Part shown: in pieces, positions 1-16,131 of the stretch
How the letters are laid out: the number at the start of each line of letters is the position of its first letter
How positions within the stretch are numbered: position 1 is the first letter of the stretch
From: the human T2T-CHM13v2.0 reference genome, Homo sapiens
DNA length: 64,000 bases
Reading direction: 5' to 3' (one strand)
Assembly: GCF_009914755.1 (NCBI RefSeq)
Contig: NC_060946.1
Position numbers and translations under genes: made by a program
Notes under the pieces: model-generated
Told to the model about the DNA's origin: nothing
The model's input: the letters and a program-made list of their open reading frames with translations, nothing else
Database searches by the model: none

Positions 1-147
1 CCCTAGGCACCACAGACCACTTCCAGGTACAGCCGTCCACACTTCTGCCCTCAGCCCGGGGCCTGCCGGCTGATGATGATGGAAGACTCTCAGAATCCAT
101 GCCCCAAACCCAGAAAGCCCCAGCATGAATAGAGAAAGGCAAGGAAC

Positions 148-304
148 CTTGGCCTGCAGCACCCAGTAGGTCTCTGGTTTGAAGGACTGGATTTTATCAT
201 GTCTCTCCACACAGAATCCCAGGGTTGGAGTCTGACACGGCCCAAAGGAGATGAGAGAGCTGTCTAAATCACCGTATTTCCCCTGGAAATATTTAGTCTG
301 AAAC
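148..304 (-). CDS. TOP3B: DNA topoisomerase III beta, coding exon 7 (c.582-738; [53 protein letters not shown])
   Basis: The reverse complement translates to the type IA topoisomerase [10 protein letters not shown] motif. Acceptor CCAG| at 305-308, donor |GTTCCT at 147-142. The 157 nt exon keeps frame with exon 6. The gene continues beyond the left edge of the window. Confidence 0.95.
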
Positions 305-659
305 CTGGAGGGAGTGGAAAGATATTTTGGTCACTGATTCACTCAAGACACTATTATGGCCACCCATGTGAGTCCAGCCCAAGGCCAGGGGTGGTGCATG
401 AAGGAGGTGGCATCAGGTGGTGTCCCCACTTAGAAGCCAGTGGGAGCAGAGTGGGCATAGCCTTAGGGAGGATTCATGTGTGTACATGGGTGACAGAGCC
501 AGTGAGAGAGGAGACAGAGGTTTCTACTGTCTCAGGCCAGGGAGCCTTCTATTCTATTCCATCTACTGCACACTCTCCTCAGGACCCCCAGAGCACAGAC
601 AAACACACTTTATCAAGCAGGGCATATGTGATCTCTGTCAGCTAAATAAACAATTTTCT

Positions 660-1596
<937 letters not shown>

Positions 1597-1742
1597 TTCT
1601 TCAGGGTTGGTGAAATCCCCTGTTGCTCATCCTGGCTCGAGGAGGCCTAGGGGCCCCGGAGGGGGACCAGTAGAGGCAGGTCTCTGGCTGAGGGAGAGTG
1701 AGGGTGAGGGTGTGCCCAGGACTCTGCGGGTGTGGCCAGCAC

Positions 1743-1939
1743 CTGGTGAATGCACAGCCGATTCGCAGGTCCAGCTCCTGGCGAGCATCCACTGAGAGCG
1801 CCTCGTTGTGGTCAGGCTCGCCTAGGCAGGCCATGGCATTACAGATGTCTGTGTCCGTGATGGAGCTAAACCTGGCCCGGAACACGGTCTTCTCGCCACC
1901 ATGGGCCTTGTTCATGACGGGCAGAACAGCATCAAGAAC
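1743..1939 (-). CDS. TOP3B: TOP3B coding exon 6 (VLDAVLPVMNKAHGGEKTVFRARFSSITDTDICNAMACLGEPDHNEALSVDARQELDLRIGCAFTR)
   Basis: Contained in ORF 1601..2152. CAG acceptor, GTGCTG donor, 197 nt. Carries the RARFS and ARQELDLRIG motifs of Top3. Confidence 0.97.
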
Positions 1940-3411
1940 CTGGGGGTGGGGAGTGGCCAGCTGTGACCCACCTCCCAGATCCCTGCCACAGCTCCCCACC
2001 CCACTGTGAAGCCTGGTTCCTTCCAGGAAAGAACACGTGTGCTCGGCTCCCTCTCCTGCCCCTGCCAGACCCTCCTCTATCCCCTTTCCTGCACCTGCCA
2101 GACCCTCCTCTATCCCCCTGCCTTTCCAGAAGCCCTGAGCACTCCACAACACCCCACCACATGGCTTCCTTTACTCCCATCTAGAAACATACTCGAACAC
2201 TCCCTTCTTACTCCCGCCCTCTCTTCTAATCCTCTGCTTTCATCCCCACCAAATCAGGAAATGCTACTGCCAAGTACATGAGGGACCTCTTAGTCCCCAA
2301 ACCCATCCCATGTGACACGATTCCCTGCCTTCTAGGAGGGAGGGTTTGGAGGGGTGGGTGGAAATTTTAAGAGGCTGAAGAAAAGACAGGGAAGGAAAAA
2401 AGAATGAAGGGGAAAGGAAATGGGCAAGAGCAGGAAGGCCACGGGTGGTCCTAGCTTGTGGTGGGGGCAGCTCGGGCTAAAGCACAGCAGGGGTCCTGGA
2501 GCCGAGACTCACTAGGAAGGCCGTGCAGTGGGACTAGGGTCGCCGCCGGAGCCTGGCCACGCAGCTTCCTTACTGGGAATAAGTGGCTTCATTTCTGAAG
2601 GGAGAAAGCCCCATGAGCTGCCCCCATTCTCCATTCCCAGATGCAAAGGCCCCCAGGGAGGAGCCGCCCTGCAGGGGAGGAGAGGGTATCTGGGAAGAGA
2701 CAGAGTGTGATCGCATTTGCTGAGGGTGCTGTACTGCAACGCCAGGTGCCTCAGCTCTGTCTCACTGACCAGCTCTTGAGCCACGGGTGAGAGCTGGGGG
2801 TACAGGAGCACGGGGGCGACCCATAGGGAACAACAGTCTGAAGGGCACCAAGTGAGACCAGCAGTCATGGCCACTGTGAGGGCACCATGGCCGGGGCAAG
2901 CATGGGGCATGGGGTGTGCACAGGGAGCAGCTGCCACCTGCTTCTCTGCAGGGCTCCCAGGGTTGGCTGGAGGCAGGAGGCATCCTGGATGAGGCAGGAG
3001 ATGAGCAGAGCGAGGCCTGCAAAAGGAGCTCAGTGCTGAGGTCGGGAATCAACCAGCATCAACCCAAGGTCCCTGAGAAGTCACGCTGGGCACAAGATGC
3101 TGAACACCAAGCTGCCCCAAGACAATCCCATTCTGAAACCTGCATCCACCCAGACAATTTGGCCCCTCCTATGTTCACTCATACCGTTGAGGCCTCAGCA
3201 AGCGGAGGAACAACTGACCACCTTTAATAGAGCCTATGCAGTTAAAAGTATCTGTGGAGTTTCAGAATAAAGGGAGGGGAGAGGTGTTTTTAAACCGGTA
3301 CAGTTTACTCCCTCCTTTGGCCCCAGGAGTGATGTGACTGACTGCTGGTGTCAGTTTGGGGCTGGTGTCAGAAAGGCCAAAAGTGAGGAACAAAGTGAGC
3401 CTCACACTCAC

Positions 3412-3486
3412 CTCAAAGCAGATGTTCTCCCCCTCCTTGTCGCAGTCCAGCCACAGCACGATGTAGTCGCAGCCTCTGCCCTCCAC
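3412..3486 (-). CDS. TOP3B: TOP3B coding exon 5 ([25 protein letters not shown]; TOPRIM DxD motif)
   Basis: Within ORF 3262..3495. CAG acceptor, GTGAGT donor, 75 nt. DCDKEGE is the TOPRIM acidic motif. Confidence 0.97.
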
Positions 3487-4002
3487 CTGCCACACAGCAC
3501 AGGTTCACACGTACCTGCTGCAGACCCGGTCTGTGCCACCCGCCCCCAGTGCTCCCATCCAGGACAGGGCTTGGTCCCAGGCCCTGAACCTCAGTTAGGA
3601 GGACTGGTACCTGGGCTGGGTAAGGAGCTGGCTGTGTTGAGGCTGGCTCAGCCAACAGAAAAGAATTGAGTTTATAATTGATGTTTTTTGGACCAAAAAA
3701 AAAAGTATAAATGCAACATGATCTTATACCCCAAAACTGCCCAGAAGAAGGGTTAAAATGAAATAACCCTAAAGGATAACAGCAGTCGTCTTGGGTAATA
3801 TGATTATGCATAATTTTTCTGTCTTTCTACCTATCTGCACTTTCTAATTTTCCATAATCTGTATGCATTTGTTTTAAAATTAAGGAGAAAAACCCCCCGA
3901 CCAAACAAGCTATTTTAAAAGCAGAAGGCCTGCTCTCCAGGACTGAGGGTTGGCAATGGCAACTGCCTTGTGTGTTGGGGGTGCCTGCAGGTGCCTCGTG
4001 GG

Positions 4003-4017
4003 CCAGCAGGGGGCACT
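4003..4017 (+). promoter_or_regulatory. Candidate CTCF site (CCAGCAGGGGGCACT) in TOP3B intron 4
   Basis: Matches the CTCF core consensus CCASYAGRKGGCRS at every position. Binding is not demonstrated. Confidence 0.55.
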
Positions 4018-4146
4018 CACAGAAAAAGCTAGCAAAGGCCCCCCTGTCCAAGGGGGATTAGGACTCAAGCAAGGGTGGGCAAAGACATGGCAGCTGTGGA
4101 GGGTGGGGAGCCCCGGTGTGCTCATGCCCAGGCCAGCCCCACGCAC

Positions 4147-4253
4147 CTGCAGGAACTTCACCATGTTCAGCTTGGGGTTAGCTTCTTTCTTCTCCGTGGG
4201 AGCTTGGCTGAACAGTTCTGCGGGGTCCACTTTGTCCCATTTGTTGTATTTTC
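4147..4253 (-). CDS. TOP3B: TOP3B coding exon 4 (GKYNKWDKVDPAELFSQAPTEKKEANPKLNMVKFLQ)
   Basis: Within ORF 3910..4284. TAG acceptor, GTGCGT donor, 107 nt. Frame is consistent with neighbouring exons. Confidence 0.96.
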
Positions 4254-5890
4254 CTACAAACCAGTCACAGTGACATTGAGTCACAGGAGCTCAGCCTCCG
4301 AGACCATCATAACCCCAGGAGGATGTTGGCCTCATCCCACAAATGAGGAGGGGAAAGCTTGGAGAACAATTTGCCCAGGGTCATCCTGATGATCAGAGGC
4401 AGAGCCAGGATGTGGGTTCAGGCCTTTGGTAACCCCCTCCCATCCAGCCTCCTTTCTGCTCGGCTGCTGAGCGGACCCACCACACCCCGGCCAACCACAG
4501 GAGCCAAGCAAGCTCTCGGGGGGCTGCCACTCTGGCCTCACTTCCGGGACTTTCCCTGTGGCTGGGAGCACCATTCCTGGGCTGGGTCTCTTTGCCTGAG
4601 CACTGGACCCCACAATGGTGCCTTCATTGACACTTCCAACCTGAGTTTCTGGAACTTTGTCCTTCCACCCAGCACTCTGTGGGGGCACACATGTGTGCAG
4701 TCGTTCCTGTTAAAGGACCATCTTTTTGAGCCTCATGCCCAGCACATTCACCTACTCATCTACAGAGACCCGGTTCTTGCATGCTCAGCTGTCTGGCTTT
4801 CTTTTAGGCCCCATTTCTTTTTTTTTCTGAGACAGGGGTCTCGCTCTATCACCCAGGATGAAGTACAGTGATACGATCACGGCTAACTGCAGTCTCGACC
4901 TCCCAGCCTCAGTCCATCTTCCCACCTCAGCCTCCCAAGACTACAGGTGCACACCACCATGCCAGCTGATTTAAAAAGAATTTTGTTTTTTTTTTTTTTG
5001 TAGAGACAGGGGTCTCACTATGTTGTCCAGACTAGTCTTGAACTCCTGGGCTCAAGCGATCCTCCCCAGGCCCCATTTCTTGCATCCTGGGAGAATGGGG
5101 TCAGACAGAGCCAAATTCAAATCCCGGCTCCCCACCTGCCAGTTGGAGATAAAACTTGGGGTCCAAATGCTCAGCCACACAACTCAGTCACCATCATTGT
5201 CATCACTGTCATCAATGAGCAGCAAGAACAAGGGCTGAGGCTTTGCTGTGTGTCGGGCCCTGTGCTGAGTGCTTTGCCCTCACTGTCACACTGAATCCTT
5301 AGCCTTGGGAAGCAGATGGCATTGCTGTGAGACCCATTTCACTATGAGAAGTGTAAACTCAGAGGCCGTCATTGCCCACATCCCCAGCCAGTGAGCCGGC
5401 AGAGCAGGGGGAAAAGCCTGGATCAGACTCTTGCCAACCACATGGCCCCAAACCTACACCCAGCAGGTCACTAATACCGGCGCTTCCAAGGTAATTGATA
5501 ACAGTAACAACATAGGAATGACAACGACAGCCACCAAATGACCGACAGATGACGGTCAACTTGGCAACAGCAGCAGCCTTCTCTTAAATGCCTGCACAGG
5601 TCAAGCCCTTCCTAAGATAGGTGCTGCCACTTTGTCTACATAGGAAGGCACACAGGGAATGCAGCGACTAAGGGGTGCCGCTATGATGGGGACCCAGGGC
5701 TGAGTTCCAGAGCCTGGGTTCTGGGCACCGCACCAGGGACCCTCTCATTGCTACTTCATGATCTGCTGGCCTTATGACTCATGGAGTTGGGACAAACTTC
5801 CCTGCCTAGAGGCATCTCCTGGCTTCAACTGGACCCTGGCCAGTGCCATGCAGAACTCCCTTCAGTAGGATGGAGGGTAGAGGGGCTTAC

Positions 5891-6022
5891 CCAGGAAATC
5901 CAGGGTCATCACGTGACCACAGACAGACGTCATCTTGAAGCGCACTGGCTGGCCAGCAAAGGTCCCAGTGTACTCGTGGACTGAGCAGGCCCCGTTCAGC
6001 CCTTTGTGTGAGGACAGGCTCC
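5891..6022 (-). CDS. TOP3B: TOP3B coding exon 3 (GSLSSHKGLNGACSVHEYTGTFAGQPVRFKMTSVCGHVMTLDFLG)
   Basis: Translated by hand. CAG acceptor, GTAAG donor, 132 nt. Contains the TSVxGH TOPRIM motif. Confidence 0.96.
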
Positions 6023-7173
6023 CTGGGGATGAGGAAGCACAAAGTGACTGGCTGCTTCAGCTGAGCTGAAGACCCTGTGGAGACCCCAGCCCGGATGCCA
6101 CCTCCCAGAGGGCCAGAGTCCTCCTTCCCCAGAGTGGTGAGTGACGACATTCCGCAGACTGGTGCGGGTAGTTGGGCACTGAGAGGTGGGACGGCGCTCA
6201 GGGAAAACAGCATCTGCCAACAACCTAGCACAGAGCACTCTCGATGCAGAGCCCCAGGCTGCCGGGAGCCAGGAGCAGGCAGGGGTGGGCTCTTTCTCTG
6301 TATTTATGTTTTCACTCTTCAATTCCATTTTTGCCTCACTTCATTGAAACGTTATTCATCGTTTACTAAAACAGACTCCAGATCTACTCTCGGTTACCAG
6401 GGACCTTCTAATTATCGAATTCTCACCCTCTCCACTGACCATACTCAGCTGTACTTTCTCAGCTTCTGGGCACCGGGCACCACTTTTGGGGCACCGTCCC
6501 CTGCGGACCATGCCTTCTCAGCTGAACGAGGGTCTCTTCCCCTCTCAACTGCTGGACCAAGGGGAGGCCAGGTAGGTGCCTGTCATTTCTGGGTACCCAG
6601 CATCTAAAACTCTTCCTATTTGGAGGGAATTCAAAGATAGGGGGAAACAGCACCCTACCAACCACCCCAGTGGCCAGAGTTGGGGGTGAGTGGCAGACAT
6701 TCCCTCTCGAGCTCCCTGGTGTCTCAGTAGTGCCTGTGGCCATAGCTCAGTCCATTGGCTACTCTGGAGTGACGTGAGGTCCACAGGACAGTGGGAGTAT
6801 CCAGGGGTGACAATGCCTGGGGCATAGCCTCATCAGACCTTGACTGGGGTGTAGTCCTGGCTGCGTCTCCTTCCTTCCAGGGCTGGTTTCTACTACCTGT
6901 ACCTAATATACCCACCAGGCCCAGCATATGGATAATGACTGTCCTTCAATTTCATTGTAAATTGTGCCTTGTGCCTTATGGGAACCCCAGCTTTGGCACA
7001 TTGCCAGGAGTGCAAGCAAATGCACCCCACTGTGACATACTGAGATGCTTCATTACCACCTGCCGACCCGAACCAAATCTACCCCAGCCAGGGTGGAATC
7101 ACATTAGGAAAAAATGTCCTGTAACACATAAACGACCGTGCTTACAGACCAAAGCAGGGCTGGTCTCTCCTAC

Positions 7174-7243
7174 CTCTAGAGAGGATTTTGGCAATTGACT
7201 GTGCCAAGGACGGCTTTTCAGCAACCATGAGCACAGTCTTCAT
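7174..7243 (-). CDS. TOP3B: TOP3B coding part of exon 2 (MKTVLMVAEKPSLAQSIAKILSRG); the whole exon is 7174-7341 with 98 nt of 5' UTR
   Basis: ATG at 7243-7241 in AAGATGA context. VAEKPS TOPRIM motif. Donor GTAGGA; acceptor TTTAG| at 7342-7346 with a polypyrimidine tract. Confidence 0.96.
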
Positions 7244-10200
7244 CTTGTCTCGGTCCTTCACACTCCAGGTTCGGGGCACTGGCAATGAAAAAGTTTAGAC
7301 TCCACTCTTCCGCAGCACAGCACTATTACCAATGCTGACTCCTAAAGAGAAGAAAAGACACTCAGGATAGCAATGCTGTCAATAGAACCTACACCACTAC
7401 AAGGAAAATCACTTTAACAAAGAAAAAACAAGACCAACCTGAGGCAAGAAGAAGAAAAATTAGGGAATTAGGGAAACTTGAAGACATCTGAGATTAAAAA
7501 CAAGAAAAAACTACCAGGTCAGCTGAAGTGGCTGAGATGATCCTGGGAATGTGGCTCCATTTGGGGGAAGGTGAAGTGGCCCCAGTGATCTCAGGTCAAT
7601 TTTATTCCTAAATCCATGCTAGGAAGATGCTGGGGCCTGGGGATCTGGAGTGATGGGTCAGGCCAGGTGGATGCCTGGCCCTCCTCTCTGGACTGGCTCT
7701 TCCACCTACAGGTGGACTCACCTGGAAAGAGGAACTATCGTGGCCGAGAGCAGCACCTCCCGCTCAGCAAAGCACTTGGACGCCCCAGGACACTTTACAA
7801 AATGCAGATGCCCAGGCTGGGCCCCCCAGGTCCTTCTGATCCATGATGGGCCTGAGACCCTCTGGCTAGTCGGTCCAGCCCCAAGCAGACATCAGGACTC
7901 TGTCACATCTATCTCCCACCTATTCCACTCCACCTTTTGCTTTGCAGGTCATGCTCTGGCCAAATTAAATCAAATATCATCATCGAAGCAAACACGCACT
8001 TGAAGCCTCTGTGCCTGCGCTTCCCTGCCTGAGAGAAAGCTCCGCCAGGCCTGGAGGATGCAGCTGGATGGCCCACAGGCCCAGCTCAAGTCTCCCAACA
8101 CCACTGGCAGGGTAAGTCAGCCCTCCTGTGCCCACAGCTCTTGGGCTAGGTCTCCATTCCAACCCACTCACATCATGCCATCATCAGCGACTACTTCACC
8201 CCCAAAATAGGACACGATGGGCTTTGTGTCTGAATCACTGTTGGTCTTTGCAACAGCTTTCTGTGCCTGACACATGACATTCAATACCTGCTAGCCAAGT
8301 AAAAGAAAACCACATGAACCCTTTTTGTTTTTTCAGTCATTATAAATGTAGCACTGATGTTTATAAACATAGCACCGTATTAAAAAAGAAAAAAAAGACT
8401 CGTATTGAGACAACTGGGAAATCTGCTGTGAAAAAAAATAAAGTTAGACTCCTGCTTCCTAAATCCCACTAAAACCGATTCCAGATCTAGCAAAGGTTTG
8501 AGTAGAAACAATGAAACCAGAAAATATTAGGAAAAACATGTGCTTTTAAAATAAATCTCACAAGCCGGGTGTGGTAGCACATGCCTATAGTGTCAGCCAC
8601 TCAGGAGGCTGAGGCAAGAGGATCGCTTGCTTGAGGCCAGGAATTCAAGGCTGTTGTGTGCCATGACTGCACCTGTGGATAGAACAGCCACTTCACTCCA
8701 GCCTAGGTGACAGCAAGACCCTGTCTCAAAAAAAGTAAAAGCAAAATAAAATAATCTCAGCATAAAGAAAAACTACCACCTAGATGGGCACAGTGGCTCA
8801 CGCCTGTATCCCAGCACTTTGGGAGGCTGAGGTGGGTGGACCACTTGAGGTCAGGAGTTCAAGACCAGCCTGGCCAACATGGCAAAACCCCATCTCTAAT
8901 AAAAATAGAAAAATTAGCTGGGTGTGGTGGTGGGTGCCTATAATCCCAGCTGCTTGGGAGGCTGAGGCATGAGAATCGCTTGAACTCAGGAAGTGGAGGT
9001 TGCAGTGAGCCGAGATCATGCTATTGCACTCCAGCTTGTACAACAGAGCGAGACTCCATCTCAAACAAAAAAAAAAAAAAAAAAAAAAGGGAAAACCACC
9101 ACGTAAGTACCTTTGTGGTATCACATCATGTCCAACAACACTCGCAGAAGAAACTCAGAACTACAATGAGCTTGTGCTTATCACATAGGGAGAGACTCAA
9201 AGCCGTTGCACACACAGCAGATGAGGGCATGGGGAAGTTAAATGGGAACAACCTCTATGTGCAGCAATTCAGGGATCCCTCTCAAAGTCCGAGTGCACAT
9301 CCCAGCAATTCCACTCCTTGGAATGAACTTAATAGTCCAGTTATTTATTGAGTACCTACTGCATGCTTGGCCTAGTCCAGGATGCAGGGAATACAGCACA
9401 AAGCAACACCAGGTCCTGCCCTCCCAGAACTCATGCTGTAGTATGGGAGCAGGGGAGGGACAGGGCAGGGCTGGGTGACACCTGGGAGAAGAGTCCAGGC
9501 AGAAGGAGCAGGGAAGGTGAGGTCCTTGGGGAGGATATGGCTGGGCAGGGGGGCTCATGGGGCTGAGGGAGGGAGCAGGGGTGTAGAATGTGGGTCTGCT
9601 CTAGGGGTGCTGGGAGGCAGCAGAGGGTTTGCATAGGTGTGGGATAATCTGACTTCAAGTGTTAAAGGGACCTCTCTGGCTGCCACATAGAAGAGGATGA
9701 ATGGGCCCTGGGTAGCAGTGGTGGAGGATGCGAGGGAAGTCAGAGTCCAGGCAGACCTGGGATGGCGGGACATGGGAGGGGGAGGGGAAGGTGAGTCAAG
9801 AATGACCTGAGGCAGAGCTGGGCATGGGCTCACACCTGCCATGGGCTCACACCTATAATCCTAGTGCTTTGGGAGGCGAAGGCAAGAGGACCACTTGAGG
9901 CCAGGAGTTTGAGAAGAGCCTGATTAACACAATGAGACCTCATCTTTACAAAAAAGCAAAAGGAACAACCCATGGCTTTGGCTTAGGCATGACAGGAAGG
10001 GACTGGCAGTCTGATGTGGGACTTCAGGTGTGTTAAACGGGACCTGCCCATTGGACAGCCTGGGTGGCCTGGAGGAGGTGGCAGCAATGTGGAAGGAGCC
10101 CAGGCTGGGGGTCGGGAGATGAGGAGCTAGCAGGGTGAGTCAGGAGGGGTAAGGTCCTGAAAGCCACAGGAAAGAGCACTTCAGGGCAGTTATCACCATG

Positions 10201-11193
10201 TGGGGGACACTGACAGGCCAGGCGAGATGGCAGCTGAGACCTGACTGTAGGGTCTGGCAAACAGAGCCCTGGGTAATCCTGATGGGGCCATGTGGTGAGT
10301 GACAGATGAAAGCTGCATGGGGTGAGCTCAACAAAACCTGGGAGATGGGAGAAGGCTGGTGCACTGTCCCCTCTTGTTTTAGGATGGTGGCTGTGCCAGC
10401 ATGTTCTCCGCTGATGGGACTGCTCTGGCGAGAAGGAAAAGAGAAGCTGCGTGCCGGAGGGGAAGGAACTGCTGCAGTGATGGCCTTGGGAGGGTGAGGG
10501 GCAAGAGAGGCAGCCGGTCAGCATCCAGGCGATGCAGAGCTGCCACAAGGCTGCACTTCTCTTGGTGGAGGAGGAGGCATGGTACGGCTGTCCACTGAGG
10601 GAGGACAGGTGGTGATGCTGCGGGCAGGCCCACAGCAGAGGAAGCACTGGATTTAGTTAGATGGGAGAGTCCAGGTGAGTAGGAGGGAGAGGGAGTGGGT
10701 CAGGGTTCGAGGGGAGAGATTACAAGGACAGAACCTGACTCTGAGTTGGGTGAAGAGGGAGGTGAGGGTTGGGGAGGGTCCACAGAGGGTGTGCTCTGTG
10801 GGGTCCAGGAAGTGAGGCACAAGAGCAGGAAGTGGGAGTCAAAGAAGCAACTCCCAGAGGGTGGGAGGCTCAAACAGGAATTACAGAGGGGCCTGGGTGG
10901 TGGCATGCTGACCCAGGGAGGGCAAGGGCTGTGAGACAGGTAGAGAGTGAAGTCACCTGGGGAGACTCACAGGAGTCAGTGGTGGGCCCTGACAAGACTG
11001 TCCATGTGGACTCTGAGTCCCCAGGAGGTAGGACAGGGCAGCGCTGGAGTGGCCTCAGGCTGGGCACGGTGGTGCCTGTGATGAACCACATCACTGGGGA
11101 GTTCTCTGCAGCATTATCAATCATGATAAAAGGTTAGAAACAAGCTGGTGTCTGTCAACAGGGAGGTGGTTAAATAAAAGCATGGCATTCTCT

Positions 11194-11645
<452 letters not shown>

Positions 11646-14039
11646 TCACACATATGTGTGCAAACGTGTGCACTTGATTATGAAGAGGCGATATGTCTGG
11701 ATGGAACGCAAAACAAACAGTCCAAGCAATCACCTGGAGTGGGTGTTAGGGCCTGGAGGTCAGGGCTGGGGGTGCCTCCTCACCACATTCCCTTTTGCAC
11801 CTTTTACATTTAGCGCCTGGACACAGGTGACTGAGGGACAAGAACTAAGACAAGGGACTTTACAATAAAACCAGAAAAATAAAGGAGGGTTGTAAAGGGC
11901 ATTGTTCAGAAAGGATGCCAAAGGAACTCCTTCACTAAAGGGGCTTCTGCTGCTCATCATGCTGTGCAGGGGAAGAGGTCCAAGGTCGGCCTTGGGCTGT
12001 CAACCTTGTTCCCCACTTAAGAGATCACAGGACTACAGTGAAATCAGTAATCTTGACCAGAAAGCTGTCCCAAATAAAATGACAATTTGCTTTTTTCCTC
12101 AAAATAAGTAAGTGGATGTTCCCCTTAAATGTACAACCATCCCACAGTGAAAGAGCCGAGGCCTTGTGGAATGACGACACTGTCTGCAGATGAGCTCTCT
12201 GGCCCATGACAGCTCCAGCTGCATCTCCCAAGGCTCTGCTGCGCACCCACCTTTCCTCCCCGTGCGCCAGCAGGCTTCGGCCTAGGCCACTTTTCCCCCT
12301 TAGTCTACTTGCTCTGACCCCTGCCCCTCCCCTCCTGAAGACTGCATCTGGCGTCAGCAGTCTGTCTCTCCCACAATTGTCAGGTTCATTGCCATATTTC
12401 TGGCACCCAGCATGCACTAAATGCCTGCTGAGGGAATGAATGAACAACCAAGGTGATTATGACTGGCCTCTGCTCTCCGTTCTGGGGAAGTTTTGATTCT
12501 ACCAAAATCAGAGGCCCAGAAGTGAGGTTTAAAAGAGATTTAGGGACTCCCCTTCTCTCACCCTGGGAAGCCAGAGGCCAAAAGGGAAAACTCGCAGCAG
12601 AGGGGCATTGTTCTGTGAGGGTCTGAGTTTCCCATCTCTTCCAAAGTAGGAAATTTTGTCCTAAAATGTTTCCTCAGATTTTCTCATGTCTATGCCACAG
12701 AGTAGTCAGCAATTATGTATGACATAATGAGGACACACCAGGGACCAGGCAGTCCTGCCAGCATCCTAGGCAGGGATGCTAATAGGTGCTGCCATTTTAT
12801 TGGCCTAGACTGGGACTGTGGGGTCAGAGAGACCAGAGCTCCAGTGGCTGGACTTGGTTGTTCTAGAACCCGTGCCCCAAGCCTGATCCTGTCCTGCCTC
12901 TGTGAGCACTCTGATGGAACAGCAGCCCAGCTTTGCTTCCTTGTAGCACTCATCACTACACTTGGTACAGCTTCCATCTACTTATTCAGCTCTTGTCTTA
13001 CAGCTCCTAGAAAGTAAGTAAGCAGCAGGAGAACACGGGTTTTGCTTTGTGCATTCTCACGGTAAATAGACAGTGAGCAAATACTTTGCGAGGCTGAGGC
13101 AGGTGGATCACCCGAGGTCAGCAGTTCAAGACCAGCCTGGCCAACATGGTGAAGCCTGGTCTCTACTAAAAATACAAAAATTAGCTGGGCGTGGTGGCGC
13201 ATGCCTGTAATCCCAGCTACTCAGGAGGCTGAGGCAGGAGAATCACTTGAACCCGGGGGCGGAGGTTGCAGTGAGCTGAGATCGCGCCACTGCACTCCAG
13301 CCTGGGTGACAGAGTGAGACTCTGCCTGCAACAAAACAAACAAAAAAAGAAACAAGCAGATGTGGCCTGGGAGTAGGCCTAGCAGTGGTCTGAATAGCAT
13401 TAAAATTCCTAGGATTTACCACCTCAGTAACTTTACCAAATGCTTCTAGAATCAGGAAAAGAGGGAAACAACCATTTCTTAAGCTCCTCCTTTGTAGTAG
13501 GCACACCATAGCTATCAACACTATTCAATCTCGCCAGCAACCCCATAAGGCAGGTGTTGTAATTTTTTAAAACTGTGAGTAAATGGAGGTTCAGAACAAG
13601 TCACACTAGTGTCAGGTGACCTTGGCAAAAGAATCCCAGGACTGGCTAGCCATCAAGCCCAAGTTAGGCTGGCCTCTCAGGTCCTGTTTCAAAAGGTGAG
13701 AAGATAAAAAGGCAAGACTAGGAACATCTTACCTTTCACTTCTGCGAGAAATTATTGCCCCTGGATTCCAGCTAATTTGTTCACAAAAGTACCCTACTTC
13801 ATTTACAGATAACAGGTCAGAGAACCTGGGTGCCCTCAAAACCTAGCCAGGGCCTAGGGGGCGGCGAGTGGAAGCTGCCTGGGTGTGTACCGCACCGATC
13901 TGGGCCCCGGTGGCTGCACAGCTTCCCTGAGCCTCAGTTTCCCTACCTGTGAGACTGGTACAGCAGATCTCACCCTAAAGAGCTGTGGGAGGGTTCGAAG
14001 AAGAAAAGTATTAACCACAGCGCCTGCTCCCTGCAGGCA

Positions 14040-14520
14040 CATGGCGGGCCCATCTCCACCTCCCTGAACCCCCACAGCAAGCCCCGCGGGAGAGTATCAC
14101 CCCCGCCAGGGAAGAGGCAACAAGAATGCAGAGCCCGGCCCGGGCGCTCTCCCGAGCTCGCGGGTCCTCCGCCGGCCAACGTTCAGGAAACAAGCCAGAA
14201 AAATGCGTGCGCTTCCCGCCTTTCTGAGCCGCCGGGCGAGGGTCCCGCAGCCCGCCGCTCACCCACAGCCGCACCGCGGATCCAGCTCCGGTCCTTGTTC
14301 CCGGGGCGGCTACCGACAACCCCTATTTCCGGGTCCAGCCGCTTCTGGCGTCCCCGCGTCCGGTGTGCCAGCGTCTGCCCTCCGGCTCCGGCGGGTCGGC
14401 GTTCTTAGGTTCCGTGGCTCGCGGATTCCGGGAGCACCCCAGGGAGTGGCACTTGCACGCCGCGGACCGCAGGGATCCCCAAGCCCTGCACCCAGATTCT
14501 TCCCCGCCACGGAGAGACAA
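14040..14520. promoter_or_regulatory. CpG island / TOP3B promoter
   Basis: Sharp local rise in CpG and GC content relative to the flanks. ETS-like CCGGAAAT on the minus strand at 14325-14332. No TATA box evident. Confidence 0.85.
14263..14335 (-). other. TOP3B: TOP3B non-coding exon 1 (5' boundary approximate)
   Basis: Donor TGG|GTGAGC at 14262-14257 inside the CpG island. The TSS position is inferred, not seen. Confidence 0.7.
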
Positions 14521-14692
14521 TCATGACAATTATCATTACAATGATTATGAAAACTGGCATGAAAACATTTATGCTGTTAATAATTAAAATAATAAAAATG
14601 TACCGATGTGTGTATAGCAGGCTTCTTTTCGATGCTGTAAAAAAATCTGTGGAATGAATGAATGATCTGTGTAAAATATATTTGGAAGATGA

Positions 14693-15884
<1,192 letters not shown>

Positions 15885-16131
15885 TAATAAGTAGTCTGGA
15901 TAGAGGCTCTGGAAAAAGAAAAGTTCTATAGGCAAATTAAGGTTTGGAAATGTCACAAATTATGAGTCACGGTGAGACTTCACTTTCAAAGCAGAACTCC
16001 TGATTCCAAACCCACACCTTGGTAGGTTCTTCGTCTCCAAAATGGCAACTCCATCTTCCTGGTTGCTCAGGGACAGAGCCTGGGAGCATCCTGGACCACC
16101 CACAAATCCTGCCATTACTGTCTTTACAATA

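Noticed and set aside
2054-2119. 33-bp tandem duplication in TOP3B intron 5 (GIEEGLAGAG twice in ORF 1601..2152)
   Set aside because: Intronic, two copies only, and outside the spliced exon 6. No sign of function.
10033-10647. 204-aa minus-strand ORF, the longest in the track, in TOP3B intron 1
   Set aside because: Low-complexity Pro/Ser/His/Cys composition in a purine-skewed, old-repeat-like region. No domain or splice-supported structure.
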